DNA of 64,000 nt from contig CANPVU010000002.1 in assembly GCA_947581765.1 (NCBI GenBank), positions 123-64,122 of the forward strand, given 5' to 3'. This stretch comes from an uncultured Bacilli bacterium (GTDB taxonomy: Bacteria > Bacillota_I > Bacilli_A > RF39 > UBA660). Within the stretch, counting starts at the first letter, position 1; each line of letters opens with the position of its first letter. A program made the translations under genes and the position numbers. Below are positions 60,275 to 64,000 of the stretch, piece after piece. The notes beneath the pieces were generated by a model, which saw only the letters and a program-made list of their open reading frames with translations, did not search any database and was not told where the DNA came from.

Positions 60275-62041
60275 TCACATCCTCTTCTCATTATTAATAT
60301 AATATTGTTCAATTAATTCTTCTAAAGTATTACCATATTTACTTTTCATATCTAAACTACTCATATTAAATATTTCATGTAATATTCCTTGTTCATTTAT
60401 TATTGGTAAATTATTATCTAATAAAAATCTAATCTTTAATTCTAATTCTTGTATAGATATATGACTTAATATTGATATATTTTTATTATTATCTATTCCA
60501 TATTGACTACAAATTTCATCTATCATTTTTTTATTTTTTCTAATACGCCAAATCATTCCTATCTTTGAAAGAGTTTCATACCTTTCATCTTCTGGTTTTA
60601 ATCTTCTTCGTTGATTTGAAATCCATTGTCCTAAATTTACGCTACCTTCTTCATCATATGTATATCCATTATTTGTTTTAAAATTTATTGATATTTCTAA
60701 ATTTCCATGATGTTCATAATAAGTTTTAGCATACTCATACATTTCTTCCCATGTTAATGTACTTCTTATTTTTTTATAAAAATTCATTCCTATTTTTAGT
60801 AATTTTTTATATCTTTCATCTTCTGAATTTAAAGATTTTCGCTGAGTATGGATCCATCTTCCTAAATTTATATTTCCTTCTTCATCATATGTATATCCAT
60901 CATTTGTTTTAAATTTTTGAGGTATTTGTAAATTTCCATAATGTTCATAATATATTTTGGCATACTCATACATTTCTTCCCATGTTAATGTACTTCTTAT
61001 TTTTTTATAAAAATTCATTCCTATTTTTAGTAATTTTTTATATCTTTCATCTTCTGAACTTAAAGATTTTCGCTGAGTATGGATCCATCTTCCTAAATTT
61101 ATGTTTCCTTCTTCATCATATGTATATCCATCATTTGTTTTAAATTTTTGGAGTACTTCTAAATTTCCATGATGCTCATAATATATTTTGGCATACTCAT
61201 ACATTCTATCCCATTTTAATTCATCTATATTTTTAAAACACATTCCTATTTCTAACAATTTTTTATATTTTTCATCTTCTGGTGTTAATTTTCTTCGCTG
61301 ATTTAAAATCCATTGTCCTAAATTTACTCTTCCTTCTTCATCATATGTATATCCATCATTTGTTTTAAATTTTTGGAGTACTTCTAAATTTCCATGATGT
61401 TCATAATATATTTTGGCATACTCATACATTCTATTCCAGTTTAATTCATCTAATTTCTCAAAACGCATTCCTATTTCTAGTAATTTTTTATATCTTTCAT
61501 CATCTGGTTTTAATATATTTCTCTGCCTATTAATCCATTGTCCTAAATTTACGCTTCCTTCTTCATCATATGTATATCCATCATTTGTTTTAAATTTTTG
61601 AAGTACTTCTAAATTTCCATAGTGTTCATAATATATTTTGGCATACTTATACATCTTATTCCAAGATTGAATATTTAAATCTTTTTCTTTTTGATAATAG
61701 TATACATTTAAAGACTCTAATATTTTTTCTAATGATTTTGGTAATTTATTTTTTAAAATCATTAACATTGTAAATAAATGTTGTTTTCTTATTTTTAAAA
61801 CAAATGATTTTTCACAAAGTTGTATTGTGTTATATGTTCTTAAATTAATATCTTTAATAGTTTTAAACTCTTGTTCTAGAATTTTAAGTAATTCATCTTG
61901 TCCTACTATAACTTCCTTTATTTGACCATCTATTAGTACTTTAAAGCCTATATTAGTTCTATCATTTATATCTAACAATACATCATTTTTATATTGTTCT
62001 GGAATAAAAATATCAATTACTTTACCTATTAAAATTACCAT
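60275..62041 (-). CDS. Protein with five tandem helicase-associated (HA, PF03457-like) domains and no helicase core
   Basis: Five repeats of W-x-x-MYEYAKIYYEH[HY]GNLEV..KFKTNDGYTYDEEG..NLG.WI..QR..L..EDERYKKLL.IGM. Starts 23 nt after the uvrB stop. Confidence 0.75.
   Translation of the reverse strand: MVILIGKVIDIFIPEQYKNDVLLDINDRTNIGFKVLIDGQIKEVIVGQDELLKILEQEFKTIKDINLRTYNTIQLCEKSFVLKIRKQHLFTMLMILKNKLPKSLEKILESLNVYYYQKEKDLNIQSWNKMYKYAKIYYEHYGNLEVLQKFKTNDGYTYDEEGSVNLGQWINRQRNILKPDDERYKKLLEIGMRFEKLDELNWNRMYEYAKIYYEHHGNLEVLQKFKTNDGYTYDEEGRVNLGQWILNQRRKLTPEDEKYKKLLEIGMCFKNIDELKWDRMYEYAKIYYEHHGNLEVLQKFKTNDGYTYDEEGNINLGRWIHTQRKSLSSEDERYKKLLKIGMNFYKKIRSTLTWEEMYEYAKIYYEHYGNLQIPQKFKTNDGYTYDEEGNINLGRWIHTQRKSLNSEDERYKKLLKIGMNFYKKIRSTLTWEEMYEYAKTYYEHHGNLEISINFKTNNGYTYDEEGSVNLGQWISNQRRRLKPEDERYETLSKIGMIWRIRKNKKMIDEICSQYGIDNNKNISILSHISIQELELKIRFLLDNNLPIINEQGILHEIFNMSSLDMKSKYGNTLEELIEQYYINNEKRM
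60547..61689. repeat. Intragenic tandem DNA repeat: 5 units of 231, 231, 231, 225 and 225 bp
   Basis: The anchor TCATCATATG recurs at 60651, 60882, 61113, 61338 and 61563. Units starting near 60750 and 60981 differ at only a few positions over about 150 nt. Confidence 0.9.
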
Positions 62042-62064
62042 TATATCTACCTACTTTATATTCT

Positions 62065-64000
62065 TTATTCACTCTTTAACTCAAATAATGCATCTCTTAA
62101 TTCCATAGCTCTTTCAAAATCAAGATTACGTGCTGCTTCATGCATTTCATTTTCTATCTCACTAATTAATGACATCTTATCATGTTTAGACATCTTTGTC
62201 TTAGATTTACTTTCTATCCTTTTATTATTAGTTATTACTTCTCTAATAGCTTTATTAATTGTTTTAGGAATTATATTATGTTCTTTATTGTATTCTTCTT
62301 GTATAGCTCGTCTTCTATTAGTCTCTTTAATTGCCTTATCCATAGACTCACTAATTTCATCAGCATACATAATTACTCTACCATTAGCATTCCTTGCAGC
62401 TCTACCTATAGTTTGAATTAAACTTCTTTCACTACGTAAGAATCCTTGTTTATCAGCATCCATTATAGCAACCAATTCTACTTCTGGAATATCTAATCCT
62501 TCTCTAAGTAAATTTATACCTACTAATACATCATATTTTCCTGTTCTTAAATCCCTAATAATTTCTAATCTTTCTAAAGTTTTTACTTCTGAATGAAGAT
62601 AAGCAACTTTTATATCTAATTTTTTTAGATAATTAGTCAATTCTTCTGACATCCTTATAGTTAAAGTTGTTACTAATACACGTACATTTCTATTTATACA
62701 ATCATTAATATTTTCAATTAAATTATCTATCTGATTCTTTGTTGGATGTATAGTTATTAATGGATCTAATAATCCAGTAGGTCTAATTATTTGTTCTACT
62801 ACTTCATGATTTGTCTTTCCTAATTCATAATCACCTGGTGTTGCTGATATATATATTGTTTGTCCTTTTTTACTTTCAAATTCATCAAAATGTAATGGTC
62901 TATTATCAAGCGCACTTGGTAATCTAAATCCATAATTTACAAGTATTTCTTTTCTAGCTCTATCTCCATTATACATACCTCTTACTTGAGGAATAGTTAC
63001 ATGTGATTCATCTATTACTAAAAGAAAATCATCTCCAAAGAAATCAATTAATGTATAAGGTGTTTCTCCTGGACCTTTAAGTGCTAAATGCCTAGAATAA
63101 TTCTCTACGCCTCTACAAAATCCAGTTTCTTTTAACATTTCAAGATCATATTTAGTTCTTTCTTCTAATCTCTGATATTCAAGTAATTTATTTTCACTCT
63201 TAAACTTAGCTAATTGTTCTTCCAATTCCTTTTCTATATTAACTAAAGCTTTATTAAGTTTCTCTTCCGTTGTTACAAAGTGACTAGCTGGAAATATACT
63301 TATTGTCTCTTTACTACTTATAATAGCACCCGTTACTACATCAAATTCACATATCTTATCTATTTCATCGCCAAAAAATTCTATCCTAATACCTTTACTA
63401 TGTTGATTGACAGGAATTATTTCTAAAACATCTCCCTTAGCTCTAAAAGTACCTCTTTTAAAATCAATATCATTTCGTTCATATAACATATTTATTAGTT
63501 TCTCAATAATGCTATCTCTTTCAATAGTTTCACCACAACTTAAAACTAACATCATTTTCTCATAGTCTTCTTTATCACCAATACCATATATACATGAAAC
63601 ACTAGCTACTACTATAACATCTTTTCTTTTAAGTAGTGCTCCAGTAGCAGCATGTCTTAATTCATCTATTTCATCATTTATAGCAGCGTCTTTTTCTATA
63701 TATGTATCTGTTTTAGCAACATAAGCTTCTGGTTGATAATAGTCATAATAACTAACAAAATATTCTACTGCATTATTAGGAAATAACTCTTTAAATTCAG
63801 AATAAAGTTGACCTGCAAGTGTTTTATTATGTGCTAATACAAGTGTTGGTTTATTTATTTTTTCAATTACATTTGCTATTGTAAATGTTTTTCCTGTACC
63901 AGTAGCACCCAAAAGCACCTGATCTTTTTTTCCTTCTTTAATTCCTTGTACAAGTTTTTCTATAGCTTGTGGTTGATCACCACTAGGTTTATACTTCGAT
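62065..64000 (-). CDS. uvrB: Excinuclease ABC subunit B; partial, with the N-terminus beyond the window edge
   Basis: Contains [16 protein letters not shown] and the C-terminal UVR motif. The frame is open to position 64000. Confidence 0.96.
   Translation of the reverse strand, partial: SKYKPSGDQPQAIEKLVQGIKEGKKDQVLLGATGTGKTFTIANVIEKINKPTLVLAHNKTLAGQLYSEFKELFPNNAVEYFVSYYDYYQPEAYVAKTDTYIEKDAAINDEIDELRHAATGALLKRKDVIVVASVSCIYGIGDKEDYEKMMLVLSCGETIERDSIIEKLINMLYERNDIDFKRGTFRAKGDVLEIIPVNQHSKGIRIEFFGDEIDKICEFDVVTGAIISSKETISIFPASHFVTTEEKLNKALVNIEKELEEQLAKFKSENKLLEYQRLEERTKYDLEMLKETGFCRGVENYSRHLALKGPGETPYTLIDFFGDDFLLVIDESHVTIPQVRGMYNGDRARKEILVNYGFRLPSALDNRPLHFDEFESKKGQTIYISATPGDYELGKTNHEVVEQIIRPTGLLDPLITIHPTKNQIDNLIENINDCINRNVRVLVTTLTIRMSEELTNYLKKLDIKVAYLHSEVKTLERLEIIRDLRTGKYDVLVGINLLREGLDIPEVELVAIMDADKQGFLRSERSLIQTIGRAARNANGRVIMYADEISESMDKAIKETNRRRAIQEEYNKEHNIIPKTINKAIREVITNNKRIESKSKTKMSKHDKMSLISEIENEMHEAARNLDFERAMELRDALFELKSE

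Noticed and set aside
60547-61689. Regularly spaced repeats that could superficially suggest a CRISPR-like or satellite array.
   Set aside because: The period is 225-231 bp with no unique spacers. The whole region is one open reading frame encoding repeated protein domains.
1-64000. Possibility of genetic code 4 (TGA = Trp), given the Mollicutes-like traits.
   Set aside because: All conserved genes are full length under the standard code with no internal TGA interruptions. TGA also terminates at least the acyltransferase ORF at its expected end.

Overview
The window is very AT-rich and reads under the standard bacterial code: TGA acts as a stop and long ORFs stay intact. About 90% of genes lie on the minus strand. 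All family assignments were made by eye from the ORF translations; no searches or folding were run.

Lineage guess, from inference only: a sporulation-capable, Mollicutes-related Firmicute (Erysipelotrichia-like). Support is SpoIIR and WhiA together with extended S5 and L3 proteins and no L30.

Most of the window is conserved housekeeping:
- secA-hpf-csp
- A complete S10-spc-alpha ribosomal cluster (rpsJ to rplQ), including an rpmJ gene that the ORF track missed
- gpsA, rpsF-ssb-rpsR, ychF, abgT-like transporter, mscS, parB-parA, typA, rpmE, murA-fba, spoIIR, rlmH, dnaB-rplI
- yvcK-whiA, lgt, and a partial uvrB

Accessory or unusual pockets:
1. A ~3.25-kb integrase-bearing islet sits exactly at the secA stop codon. 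It is flanked by a duplicated secA 3' end and carries two unrecognisable cargo genes and a 9-bp repeat array.
2. An agr-type quorum-sensing locus has a convergent layout, agrB-agrD (+) against a response regulator and kinase (-). Its agrD peptide gene (predicted CLVLI ring) is not in the ORF track.
3. A free-standing HNH nuclease lies next to the S10 promoter and its structured leader.
4. A visibly G+C-richer O-acyltransferase gene contains a G8 tract.
5. Two large uncharacterised genes lie between typA and parAB.
6. Downstream of whiA come a ~35-aa-repeat protein resembling eukaryotic organellar mTERF proteins, a 48-aa acidic micro-ORF and a small alarmone synthetase.
7. A protein of five near-identical helicase-associated (HA) domain repeats follows uvrB where uvrA would be expected, with two small unknown genes after it.

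No rRNA, tRNA or CRISPR array was seen. The best candidates for a novel system are pockets 1, 6 and 7.
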